NCBI GenBank assembly: GCA_035523995.1
Contig: DATKPQ010000181.1
Span: 15,312 to 79,311, forward strand
Source of the DNA: Acetobacteraceae bacterium
GTDB lineage: Bacteria > Pseudomonadota > Alphaproteobacteria > Acetobacterales > Acetobacteraceae
Direction of reading: 5' to 3'
Length of the DNA stretch: 64,000 nucleotides
The translations under genes and the position numbers were made by a program. A model generated the notes under the pieces. That model was not told where the DNA came from, searched no databases, and worked only from the letters and a program-made list of their open reading frames with translations. Shown piece after piece: positions 36,784 to 44,392 of the stretch (position 1 is the stretch's first letter; every line of letters starts with the position of its first letter).

Positions 36784-37161
36784 TCATGCCCAGTGTCCCC
36801 CCATCCAGACCCAGCCGCCACCCGGTTGCTCGGCCCAGCGCCCGGGCACCCAGGTCGTCTCCCCCGGCGGCACCTGCACATATTCGCCACCTGCCCACTG
36901 CCAGGGGTTCGCGGCATTCCCGGTGTACTCCCAGTGCCCCGGCTGCCAGACCGAGGGAGGTCCGCCGACCGGAGGAGGCGGCTCCAATTCGGCGTGTGGG
37001 GGCGGCGGTGGCATCGGCGACATGTTCGGCGGTGCCGCCTGTACCACTGGCGGCGGCTGCACGATCACCGAAGTTGTCTCCGGCGGCGGCGATCCGCCAC
37101 AGGAAGCCAGCAATAGAAGCCCTGGTGCTGCCAGCCAGGCGTAATGCGGCCGGATCATCAT
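36784..37161 (-). CDS. lipoprotein with Pro-rich linker and GHW/YxWGxW-type Trp-rich repeats
   Basis: Lipobox LLLASC. C-terminal WQPGHWEY...WQWAGGEYV...WVPGRWAEQPGGGWVWMGGHW. Start at the MMIRP doublet after GGGAGGA. Confidence 0.7.
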   Translation of the reverse strand: MMIRPHYAWLAAPGLLLLASCGGSPPPETTSVIVQPPPVVQAAPPNMSPMPPPPPHAELEPPPPVGGPPSVWQPGHWEYTGNAANPWQWAGGEYVQVPPGETTWVPGRWAEQPGGGWVWMGGHWA

Positions 37162-37171
37162 GTCCTCCCGG

Positions 37172-37501
37172 TCAGCTCCGCCAATGCCCGTCAATCCACA
37201 CGTATCCGCCGCTGGCCTCCTGCTCCCAGTGGCCGGGCTCCCAGACCGCTGCTGGCGCAGGCCGTTGCACATAGCGGCCCTCGTGCCAGACCCAGGTGCT
37301 GCCATTCCAGCCCCAGTGGCCTGCTTCCCAGGTCACCGTCGTGCTCGGCGGCGGCGGCACAGTCTCCGTCTCCGGCGGTGGCGGTGCGCCGGGCGCAATG
37401 ATCACGGTGGAACTCTGGGCCGACGCCGGCACAACCGCGCCCCCGATGGCGAACGCGGCGAGGGCCGGCAGGCTGTAGCGCATCAAGTTTCCGATAGTCA
37501 T
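37172..37501 (-). CDS. secreted paralog with the same GHW/YxWGxW-type repeats
   Basis: Signal peptide MRYSLPALAAFAIGGAVVPASAQ. WEAGHWGWNGSTWVWHEGRYV...WEPGHWEQEASGGYVWIDGHW. Confidence 0.7.
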   Translation of the reverse strand: MTIGNLMRYSLPALAAFAIGGAVVPASAQSSTVIIAPGAPPPPETETVPPPPSTTVTWEAGHWGWNGSTWVWHEGRYVQRPAPAAVWEPGHWEQEASGGYVWIDGHWRS

Positions 37502-37681
37502 GCATCGTCTCCTTGGTGTCGTTGAAAGTCAGCATCCAAGACATGCCGAACGCGTGACTTGGTTCGGCGAGACAACATGGTTGCGGTGAATTGGGGCGAT
37601 ACTTGGCCGCCGCCAACCATTGGTTCTTCACAACTGATCGATATCTAAAACCGCCCACCAGCCTGTGAAGGAACCGCCGAT

Positions 37682-37698
37682 ACTTGACTCAGTCAAGT
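37682..37698. promoter_or_regulatory. perfect 7-3-7 palindrome upstream of the MarR-GNAT gene (candidate MarR operator)
   Basis: acttgac-tca-gtcaagt, 24 nt upstream of ATG 37722. Confidence 0.45.
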
Positions 37699-37721
37699 TT
37701 TCGGCGCGATGCTGCGGTTCC

Positions 37722-38672
37722 ATGTCAGCCACCGCCTCATCCTCTGCCCCAGTCTCCGCCGGCGCCGAGCAACGCGTCGCCGCCGTCCGGCGCTTCAGCC
37801 GCTTCTACACCGGCATTATCGGTGCTTTGCAGGAAGGCTCGCTCCGGAGCGATTTCTCCCTCACCGAGGTTCGGGTTCTGTACGAACTGGCGAACCGTCC
37901 GGGCACCACGTCGAGTGCTCTTGGCCGGGACCTGGGGCTGGATGGCGGGTACCTCAGCCGCATTCTCCAACGGTTCACCCAGGATGGCCTGGTGGCGCGC
38001 GGGGCCTCCGACACCGATCGCCGGCAGATCGTGCTGACATTGACCGATGCCGGTCGCGCCGCGTTCGCGCCTCTGGATGCGCGTTCGCGCGAGGAAGTCG
38101 GCGCCCTGCTCGCCCGCCTGCCTCCGGCCGCCCAGGAGGCGGTCGTCGCGGCCATGGGGCGCATCGAAACGCTCCTGGGCGCAGCACCGGCCACCCCATG
38201 GCGGCTGCGCGCGCCAGGCCCGGGAGACATCGGCTGGGTGATCTCGCGCCACGGTGCGCTCTATGCCGAGGAATATGGCTTCGACTCGCGCTTCGAGGCG
38301 CTGGTCGCGCAGGTCGCCGGAGCCTACCTCGCCAACCACGATCCGGTTCGTGAAGGCTGCTGGATCGCAGAGCATGACGGCATCCCATTGGGGTCGGTGT
38401 TCCTGGTTCGCGCCGACGACGAGCTGGCGAAGCTGCGTCTGCTTTTGGTTGAGCCGGGTGCGCGGGGCCTGGGCATCGGCAAGCGGCTCGTCTCGGAATG
38501 CATCGCCTTCGCTCGCACCGCCGGCTATCGGCGCATCACGTTATGGACCAACGATATCCTTGTCGCTGCACGGGCCATCTATCTGGCGGCCGGGTTCCGG
38601 CTGGTGGCGAGCAAGCCGCACACTATGTTCGGCCCCGCAATGGTTGGCGAAGACTGGGAACTGAGCCTCTGA
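37722..38672 (+). CDS. bifunctional MarR-family transcriptional regulator / GNAT N-acetyltransferase
   Basis: N-terminal MarR wHTH (FSLTEVRVLYELANRPGTTSSALGRDLGLDGGYLSRILQRF...DRRQIVLTLTDAG). C-terminal GNAT (LLVEPGARGLGIGKRLVSECIAFAR...YRRITLWT). Confidence 0.85.
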   Translation: MSATASSSAPVSAGAEQRVAAVRRFSRFYTGIIGALQEGSLRSDFSLTEVRVLYELANRPGTTSSALGRDLGLDGGYLSRILQRFTQDGLVARGASDTDRRQIVLTLTDAGRAAFAPLDARSREEVGALLARLPPAAQEAVVAAMGRIETLLGAAPATPWRLRAPGPGDIGWVISRHGALYAEEYGFDSRFEALVAQVAGAYLANHDPVREGCWIAEHDGIPLGSVFLVRADDELAKLRLLLVEPGARGLGIGKRLVSECIAFARTAGYRRITLWTNDILVAARAIYLAAGFRLVASKPHTMFGPAMVGEDWELSL

Positions 38673-38722
38673 AGCGACGGCCCGTGGCGAGACCACGACC
38701 CGTTGTGGCCGGATACTAACCC

Positions 38723-38752
38723 GTTATGGCCGGGCTTGACCCCCGTGGCCGC
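38723..38752. repeat. family C-like repeat unit (degenerate)
   Basis: ttatggccgggcttgacccccgtggccgc, preceded by the related cgttgtggccggatactaac. Confidence 0.35.
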
Positions 38753-38833
38753 TAACTCAGCACTCAGTTTCATAAATACGATGACGTATTTTGGAACTCG
38801 CTGCATTGCGGGAGACGCAAGAATCAACAAATG

Positions 38834-38904
38834 GGAACCGCAAATGGACGCCGATGAACGCAGATAGCAGTCCAGCCGGCTTATCGACGTTCATCTGCGG
38901 TTCC
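38834..38904. repeat. hairpin-forming repeat, family D (GGAACCGCAGATGAACG type)
   Basis: ggaaccgcaaatggacgccg ... cgacgttcatctgcggttcc are imperfect inverted arms, with an internal gatgaacgcagat copy. Sits in a lower-GC intergenic region. Confidence 0.55.
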
Positions 38905-39080
38905 GATATTTATCGACCACTGTCACAGTAGAAGCTTGCCGGGGTCGTCGGAAAAAACGTCATCGGATTTACGAATCAAGGTACCTGGGGAGCGCGCCGC
39001 ACCTCCTTGTTATTATCGGGCTTGGCCCGGCCAACAACCGGTGCAGATCAGGTGTGCCAAAAGCGCCCGATCCCCGGTGC

Positions 39081-39111
39081 GCAGATGGCCGGCTCAAGGC
39101 CGGCCATGACG
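39081..39111. repeat. family C repeat unit
   Basis: gcagatggccggctcaaggccggccatgacg. Confidence 0.6.
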
Positions 39112-39165
39112 GGAATGGCGAAGCACCCCGCTCAAGTTTAGCGTCTGAGGGGCTCGATCCGGCGG

Positions 39166-41103
39166 TCATCCAAAATGACTGGGCGCAGTTCGCGTGATGT
39201 GACGCCATCGGCCAAACGTAGACGCCCGGATCAGGCCCGGCCACGACGTGGCGGCGTGGTGCGGCGCTGTTTCGTCCAAGTGCACGTCGGAGGGGCCGGT
39301 GGGTGCGTGTCTCGCAACGACAGAAAGCGCGGGCCGCGTGTCTGTTGCGGCGCTTGGCTTCACGCGTTCAACGGATCGCTCCACCTGTTGCATTGCCGGC
39401 CAGGCATCGCTCAGCCAGTTGCGTATCTGCCCGATAAGCTCCGCACGCACCCGAGCGGCGCCCAGCGTATGGTCGGCGTCCGCGAGCGAGCGAAGCGTCA
39501 CGTGCGGCTGCTTGCGCAGCCGCCAACCTTCGTGGCCGAAATACTCCGCCAGCTCTTCCACGCCCGGATCGTTGCACCCTAACACATAAAGTATTCTGAC
39601 GCCACGCTGGCCGAGCGTCCGTGCCATCTGACGTACCCGTCCCACACGCGTTGCGCCGCGGAAGACAAGAGCGAGCAATGGATCGATGCCGGCAATGGTC
39701 CGTCGCAGCAGCCGCAACCCCAACACGCGGGCAAGATTCAGCACGTCGAAATCAGCGCGCAGCAACCGGCGCCACGCATCGACACTAAAAATCTGGCGCA
39801 AATAGAATCGTGTCGGGCGCAGGTCGGTACGGCGGATCGCATCGGGCACATCACCGTCGCGCCAGGCAAAGCGTTGCAGATTCACCAGGACCAGGCCGGC
39901 AATCCGCTGATCGCGAGGGGCGGCCTGCAATGCGTGATAGGCGCCAGAACACACACCCAGGACCGCCACCCGTTGCCCGGTGCGCCGGTTCAATTCTGCC
40001 ACGGCAGACATCACGTCGCGCGTCAGCGTCTCGGCGTAGGGTCGACCGAGATCGCCTGTGTGTGGCGCGGAGTCACCCATGCCGGATGCATCCATCCGCA
40101 GTACCGCAACCCCGTCGGCGGCGAGGCCGCGGGCCAGATCGACTGCAATACGCGCATTGCCCCAGCGGGGATTGGCGCTGGTATTCACCACCAGCATTGC
40201 AGGCGCTTCCGGCGCCGGCCGAACGGGCATCGAGAGGATGCCGAACAATTCTGTGTGGATACCGAAATAGATCGGCATTTCCGATGCGACACCAACATCC
40301 AGTGAGGCGTCACCAGCCATCTCAGGCGCAATACGAGCCCCTGCCATGGCGGGCAATGATCTCACCCATTGCGCGACGCGCGCGAAGGCAGCCGCTGGCA
40401 CCTCGGCTTGATGCGAATCGCGCATCAGGCTGGCGAGGTCTTCGAATGGCTCCACCACCGTGTCCGTGCCGAGGCGTTGCAACGTGTCCACCACCTGCTG
40501 CGTTGCTGCCCGTATCTCCGGCTGCAGCAACAACGCCTGCCGCGCGGGCTGCCTGGGCAGCTTGCGAAGATCGAGCGCCGACAGGGCATCGCGCGTGGCA
40601 TGGTCCATGCGCAGGCCGTGCGCTTCGAACCAGGTGCCGTCATCCACCTTATGGCTGGTCTGCCAGACACGCTGCGAAATTCGCGCGGCCAGTGTCATTT
40701 CATGCAGGAAATGGCGCCCGCTTACGGGGCTCAGCAGCACGAGCGAATCCGCGGTGTCGGTTTCGCAAGCGACGCGGGCCGCCAGACTGGCGCCGATCCG
40801 ATGGCCGACCAGAGTCACCGCATCGACGCCATGTGCGCACAGCCATGCCATGCCGGCCTTGATGCTATCCAGCCATTGCGCAAAGCGCTCGGGTTCACTG
40901 TCTTCGCCGGCTGAATCGCCGGTGCCGTAATACGACAGACGCAGGGTCGGAAAATCGGCCGCAGCCAATTGCTCCGCCAGGAATGCCAACGGACGGTAAG
41001 CGTTCAGCGCCTCATCCGACAGCGAACCGCAGATCAGCACGCCCCGCCGGCTGCGGCCGGGGTGCAGCATGCCGAAGCAGCCGGAAAGGTAAACCGGGAT
41101 CAT
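39166..41103 (-). CDS. fused tandem alpha/beta-hydrolase-fold protein (two lipase-box domains: GHRIG and GVCSG)
   Basis: 645 aa. Domain 1: GCFGMLHPGRSRRGVLICGS...LRLSYYGTGDSAGE...TLVGHRIGASLAA. Domain 2: ELFGILSMPVRP...MLVVNTSANPRWG...LRMDASGMGDSA...VAVLGVCSGAYHAL...GCNDPG...ADADHTL. ATGA overlap with the upstream monooxygenase gene. Confidence 0.8.
   Translation of the reverse strand: MIPVYLSGCFGMLHPGRSRRGVLICGSLSDEALNAYRPLAFLAEQLAAADFPTLRLSYYGTGDSAGEDSEPERFAQWLDSIKAGMAWLCAHGVDAVTLVGHRIGASLAARVACETDTADSLVLLSPVSGRHFLHEMTLAARISQRVWQTSHKVDDGTWFEAHGLRMDHATRDALSALDLRKLPRQPARQALLLQPEIRAATQQVVDTLQRLGTDTVVEPFEDLASLMRDSHQAEVPAAAFARVAQWVRSLPAMAGARIAPEMAGDASLDVGVASEMPIYFGIHTELFGILSMPVRPAPEAPAMLVVNTSANPRWGNARIAVDLARGLAADGVAVLRMDASGMGDSAPHTGDLGRPYAETLTRDVMSAVAELNRRTGQRVAVLGVCSGAYHALQAAPRDQRIAGLVLVNLQRFAWRDGDVPDAIRRTDLRPTRFYLRQIFSVDAWRRLLRADFDVLNLARVLGLRLLRRTIAGIDPLLALVFRGATRVGRVRQMARTLGQRGVRILYVLGCNDPGVEELAEYFGHEGWRLRKQPHVTLRSLADADHTLGAARVRAELIGQIRNWLSDAWPAMQQVERSVERVKPSAATDTRPALSVVARHAPTGPSDVHLDETAPHHAATSWPGLIRASTFGRWRHITRTAPSHFG
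39218..39248. repeat. family C repeat unit lying inside the 3' end of the hydrolase ORF
   Basis: gtagacgcccggatcaggcccggccacgacg, read on the minus strand as ...TSWPGLIRAST... in the last 25 codons of ORF 39166..41103. Confidence 0.55.
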
Positions 41104-42134
41104 CTCCCAACCGTTATCGCCGGAATGGTCGCCTGGTCCGCGGCCATGCGGATGACGATGGCCGCCGTTTCCAGATCATCAGCGTTGGTCGGAATGTCCA
41201 GGATGAAACTGCGATGCCCGAGCGCAAGATATCGTGCGATTTCCTGCGCCACCGTGACGAAGTCGCCCACCAGATACGGGCAGAACGTCCGGTGTTGCTC
41301 GAACGGCCACAGCCAGTAGGGGCTGCCGTCGGCGGGGCGCTCACGCGCGAGGTCCGAAAGCGTGCGATGCCAGACTGAATCGCTGGTCTTCATGGCAAGC
41401 GTATGGCTGAGACGGCCACGGCGATCGTCCGGAAAGCGCGCCTGGGCGATGGACCAGGCGTCATTGGCGCTGTCGCGGGCGATGATGCCGACACGTATGC
41501 CGCGTCCTGCCGGCACGCCGTCGTTGTGGCCGGCGGCGGCATCGGGCGGCGCGGGATATTCGACAGCGATCGCGCCCATCGCCACCGCAGCCGCACGACC
41601 CGCGGCCGACGAGCCGGAAATCAACCAACCTGGCTGCAGAGTTTCCGGCAATGCGGGTGCCAGCCGCACGCCGTGCGCGCGATAGAAGCGGCCGGCGAAA
41701 TTCACCGGTGCGTCATTCTCCAGCAACTGCCGCATCAGCAGGGCATATTCGACAGTGCGGGCGTAGCGGTCATCATGCGGCGTTTCGTCGCCCAGTGCGA
41801 TCAGGTCGTTGCGGAAACCTCCGGCGAGCATGTTCAACCAGATGCGCCGGTCGTGAAGCGTAGCAAGCGACGCGACCATCTTTGCCGCCGTGTATGGCAG
41901 CATGTAGACCGGCTGCACCGCGACCAGTGGGCACAGGCGTTCCGTGCATTGCAGCGTTACCTGTGCCACCAGCCAGGGATCGACGATGCTGTTGTCGGTG
42001 TAGATCAGCATGCCAGTGCAGCCCGCCGCTTCGCTCCAACGGGCGACGCGCTGGATCTGCGGCAGATACTCGTCGCGCGCGAAGTCTTTCGACTGCGGGC
42101 AGGTACTGAAGATCCGGATGCCGTCGTCCGACAT
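41100..42134 (-). CDS. LLM-class (luciferase-like) flavin-dependent monooxygenase, SsuD-like
   Basis: IRIFSTCPQS...YLPQIQRVARWSEAAGCTGMLIYTDNSIVDPWLVAQVTLQCTERLCPLVAVQP...WLNMLAGG...DDRYARTVEYALLMRQLL parallels my memory of the SsuD N-terminal half. 344 aa. Confidence 0.8.
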   Translation of the reverse strand: MSDDGIRIFSTCPQSKDFARDEYLPQIQRVARWSEAAGCTGMLIYTDNSIVDPWLVAQVTLQCTERLCPLVAVQPVYMLPYTAAKMVASLATLHDRRIWLNMLAGGFRNDLIALGDETPHDDRYARTVEYALLMRQLLENDAPVNFAGRFYRAHGVRLAPALPETLQPGWLISGSSAAGRAAAVAMGAIAVEYPAPPDAAAGHNDGVPAGRGIRVGIIARDSANDAWSIAQARFPDDRRGRLSHTLAMKTSDSVWHRTLSDLARERPADGSPYWLWPFEQHRTFCPYLVGDFVTVAQEIARYLALGHRSFILDIPTNADDLETAAIVIRMAADQATIPAITVGR

Positions 42135-42139
42135 TGCCG

Positions 42140-42403
42140 CTATGCCGGTGCGGCGAACGCCGCGGCGAGACGGCGCAGGGTGACGCCGCTTTCGAAATCC
42201 ATGCCCTCGGCGTCGAACATCTGGCCCGAGCCTTCTTCGGCATCGAGAATCATGTCGAGCAGGCCTTGTGAATCGACAAGGCCGAGTTCGACCAGGTCGC
42301 TATCGGGGGCGACCCTGGTGGCGTTACGGCCATCCTGGCGCAGGCGCCGTGCGAGGGCATCGCTCAACAGCCGCAATAGATTGCTATCCTCGGCGGCGAT
42401 CAT
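42140..42403 (-). CDS. acyl/peptidyl carrier protein
   Basis: 87 aa with the phosphopantetheine attachment motif LGLVDSQGLLDMI. ATG 42403 forms an ATGA overlap with the stop of the adenylation gene. The TTG start at 42415 in the track is less likely. Confidence 0.8.
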   Translation of the reverse strand: MIAAEDSNLLRLLSDALARRLRQDGRNATRVAPDSDLVELGLVDSQGLLDMILDAEEGSGQMFDAEGMDFESGVTLRRLAAAFAAPA

Positions 42404-44073
42404 GTCTTGCTGCAAGTCTCTGCCTCCATCATGGCGCGCAACCGGCCGTGGTCGGTTTTGCCGCTGTTGTTCAGGGGCCAGTCATCGATGCGACGGATCG
42501 CCGACGGCACGGCGTAAGGTGGCAGGGCGTCACGGCAGGCCTGCAGCAAAGCGTCGTCGGGGAGGCTCGTGTTGCCGACGAACCCGACGATGCCACGCGC
42601 CAGCCCGTCCGGGCCGATCGGCCAGGCGATCGCCGCGGCATTGGTGTCGCCGGCACGGTGCAGCACGGCTTCCACTTCCTGCAATTCCACACGATGACCG
42701 GCTATTTTTACCTGTCGGTCCAGCCGGCCGAGAAACACAAGTCCGTGGTTACGACTGTTTCGTACACGGTCACCGGTACGGTACCACACGCGCTCGTCCC
42801 AGGCGAAATGAACAAAGCGTTGAGCGGTGAGATCGGGGCGCCGCCAGTAGCCATCGGTAACCTGGCTGCCGGCGAGGCATAGTTCGCCTTCCTCGTCTTC
42901 GCCTGCGGGTGCGTCGAATGGGTTGACGGCAATTGCACCCTGGCCTGGCAACGGTTTGCCAATCGGCAAGACCTCGGGCAACGCATCCAGAGCATGGTCT
43001 TCACGCGGCAGGCGCCAGGCTGTCAGCGCGATCGTGGCCTCGGTGGGTCCGTAGAGATTCTCGATGGTTGCGTTCGGTGCCGCGGCGGCCCAGGCGCGGG
43101 CGAGGCGTTTCGGCAAGGCTTCGCCGCAGAACAGACTGAGACGCAGGCTGGGGAAATCGCCGGGGCGCAACGCGCGCAGGCCCAGCATGGTTGCCGCGGT
43201 GGACGGCACCGAGAACCACGTTGTCAACGCATGCCGGCGGACGAAGTCGCGTGGTGCGAAGCGTACGTTGTCCGGCACGCGGTACAATGTGGCGCCGGCG
43301 CCCCAGGCGAGGAACATGTCGTGCACCGACAAGTCGAAGGTCAGATCGAACAACTGGGTGCAGCGGTCATCGGGCCTTGGCGCATAACGCGCCGCGATGG
43401 AGCGCAGGTATGGCATGACGTTACGGTTTCGGACCAACACGCCTTTCGGTGCGCCCGTGCTACCGGAGGTGAACAAGAGGTAAGCGCCGTCTTCCGGATT
43501 TGCGTGTGGCGGGCCATCAACGCACGGCTGCGGCAAATCCGCTTCCGGCAGGAAGCGATGGCGGGTGTGGATTGCCCAGTCAGGGGCCGAGGACGAGTCC
43601 GGCAGCAAGACGAGTACTGAATGCGGCGTATCTTGCAGGACGGCGCGGGCGTGGGCCAGGTGATTGCGGTCGACCACCAGCGCCTGTGCTTCGGCGTCGC
43701 GCATGATTTGCGCGAGGCGCTGGGATGGATGCCGCGAATTCAAGGGAACATAGGCGCAGCGTGCCATCGACGCGCCGACAACGCCCACGAAATCGATCAG
43801 CTTGCGGCTGCCAAGGATGGCACAGCGCGCCCCGCCGTCGTTAAGACCTGCCGCCGTAAGGCTCTGCGCGATGCGCGATGCGTGTGACAGAAGAACTTCG
43901 TAGGAGACGAATTCTCCGTCCACCCACAGCGCAGGTCGTGTCGCGTGAAGCAGGGCGCTGCGGTGGAACACGGTTCCGAGCGTAGAGGCGGAGAATGTGT
44001 CGCGATTTGGCGGCGCATTTGCGTGTTCGGCCGCACTCCATGCGGAACCGTCATGTCTAGCGTGTTGATCCAC
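42400..44073 (-). CDS. stand-alone adenylation enzyme (ANL superfamily, NRPS A-domain/DltA-like)
   Basis: Core motifs A3 LLFTSGSTGAPKGV, A4 TFDLSVHD (Asp of FDxS retained), A5 NLYGPTE, A7 YRTGD, A8 GRLDRQVKIAGHRVEL, A10 NNSGKTD. GTG start with GGAAG upstream. No C, T or TE domain fused. Confidence 0.85.
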   Translation of the reverse strand: MDQHARHDGSAWSAAEHANAPPNRDTFSASTLGTVFHRSALLHATRPALWVDGEFVSYEVLLSHASRIAQSLTAAGLNDGGARCAILGSRKLIDFVGVVGASMARCAYVPLNSRHPSQRLAQIMRDAEAQALVVDRNHLAHARAVLQDTPHSVLVLLPDSSSAPDWAIHTRHRFLPEADLPQPCVDGPPHANPEDGAYLLFTSGSTGAPKGVLVRNRNVMPYLRSIAARYAPRPDDRCTQLFDLTFDLSVHDMFLAWGAGATLYRVPDNVRFAPRDFVRRHALTTWFSVPSTAATMLGLRALRPGDFPSLRLSLFCGEALPKRLARAWAAAAPNATIENLYGPTEATIALTAWRLPREDHALDALPEVLPIGKPLPGQGAIAVNPFDAPAGEDEEGELCLAGSQVTDGYWRRPDLTAQRFVHFAWDERVWYRTGDRVRNSRNHGLVFLGRLDRQVKIAGHRVELQEVEAVLHRAGDTNAAAIAWPIGPDGLARGIVGFVGNTSLPDDALLQACRDALPPYAVPSAIRRIDDWPLNNSGKTDHGRLRAMMEAETCSKT

Positions 44074-44218
44074 GGCGAAACTTCCGAGCCTGCCGCCATT
44101 CAGATATTACGGAAAACGAATCGGTTCCAATCAGCTACCGGTGATAGACGGGAATGTGAGATTGCGGCTGCTGCTTTGATGGCATTCGTCGGGACCGTGG
44201 TCGATCTGGCGGGCTCGT

Positions 44219-44327
44219 GTCATTGCGAGGCCCGCAGGGCCGAAGCAATCTTCGGCGTCAGAGCACTCGGACGGTTCATACGCGTTGCCGGTGGAGATTG
44301 CTTCGGCCCTGCGGGCCTCGCAGTGAC
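44219..44327. repeat. family A inverted-repeat element, copy A4
   Basis: gtcattgcgaggcccgcagggccgaagcaatc ... gattgcttcggccctgcgggcctcgcagtgac, with near-perfect 32-nt arms. Lies between the carbamoyltransferase and adenylation genes. Confidence 0.85.
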
Positions 44328-44361
44328 ATGATCTGCGACAATAGGACCAGATCAATCCTGC

Positions 44362-44392
44362 GCAGATGGCCGGATCAAGCCAGGCCAAGACG
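44362..44392. repeat. family C repeat unit overlapping the carbamoyltransferase stop
   Basis: gcagatggccggatcaagccaggccaagacg. The last roughly 6 codons (PRLGLA-stop) of ORF 44375..46144 are read from it. Confidence 0.6.

Noticed and set aside
38969-39244. 91-aa minus-strand ORF in the repeat-dense gap
   Set aside because: Largely made of family C repeat sequence (..SWPALSRPSA..). No RBS and poor coding statistics.
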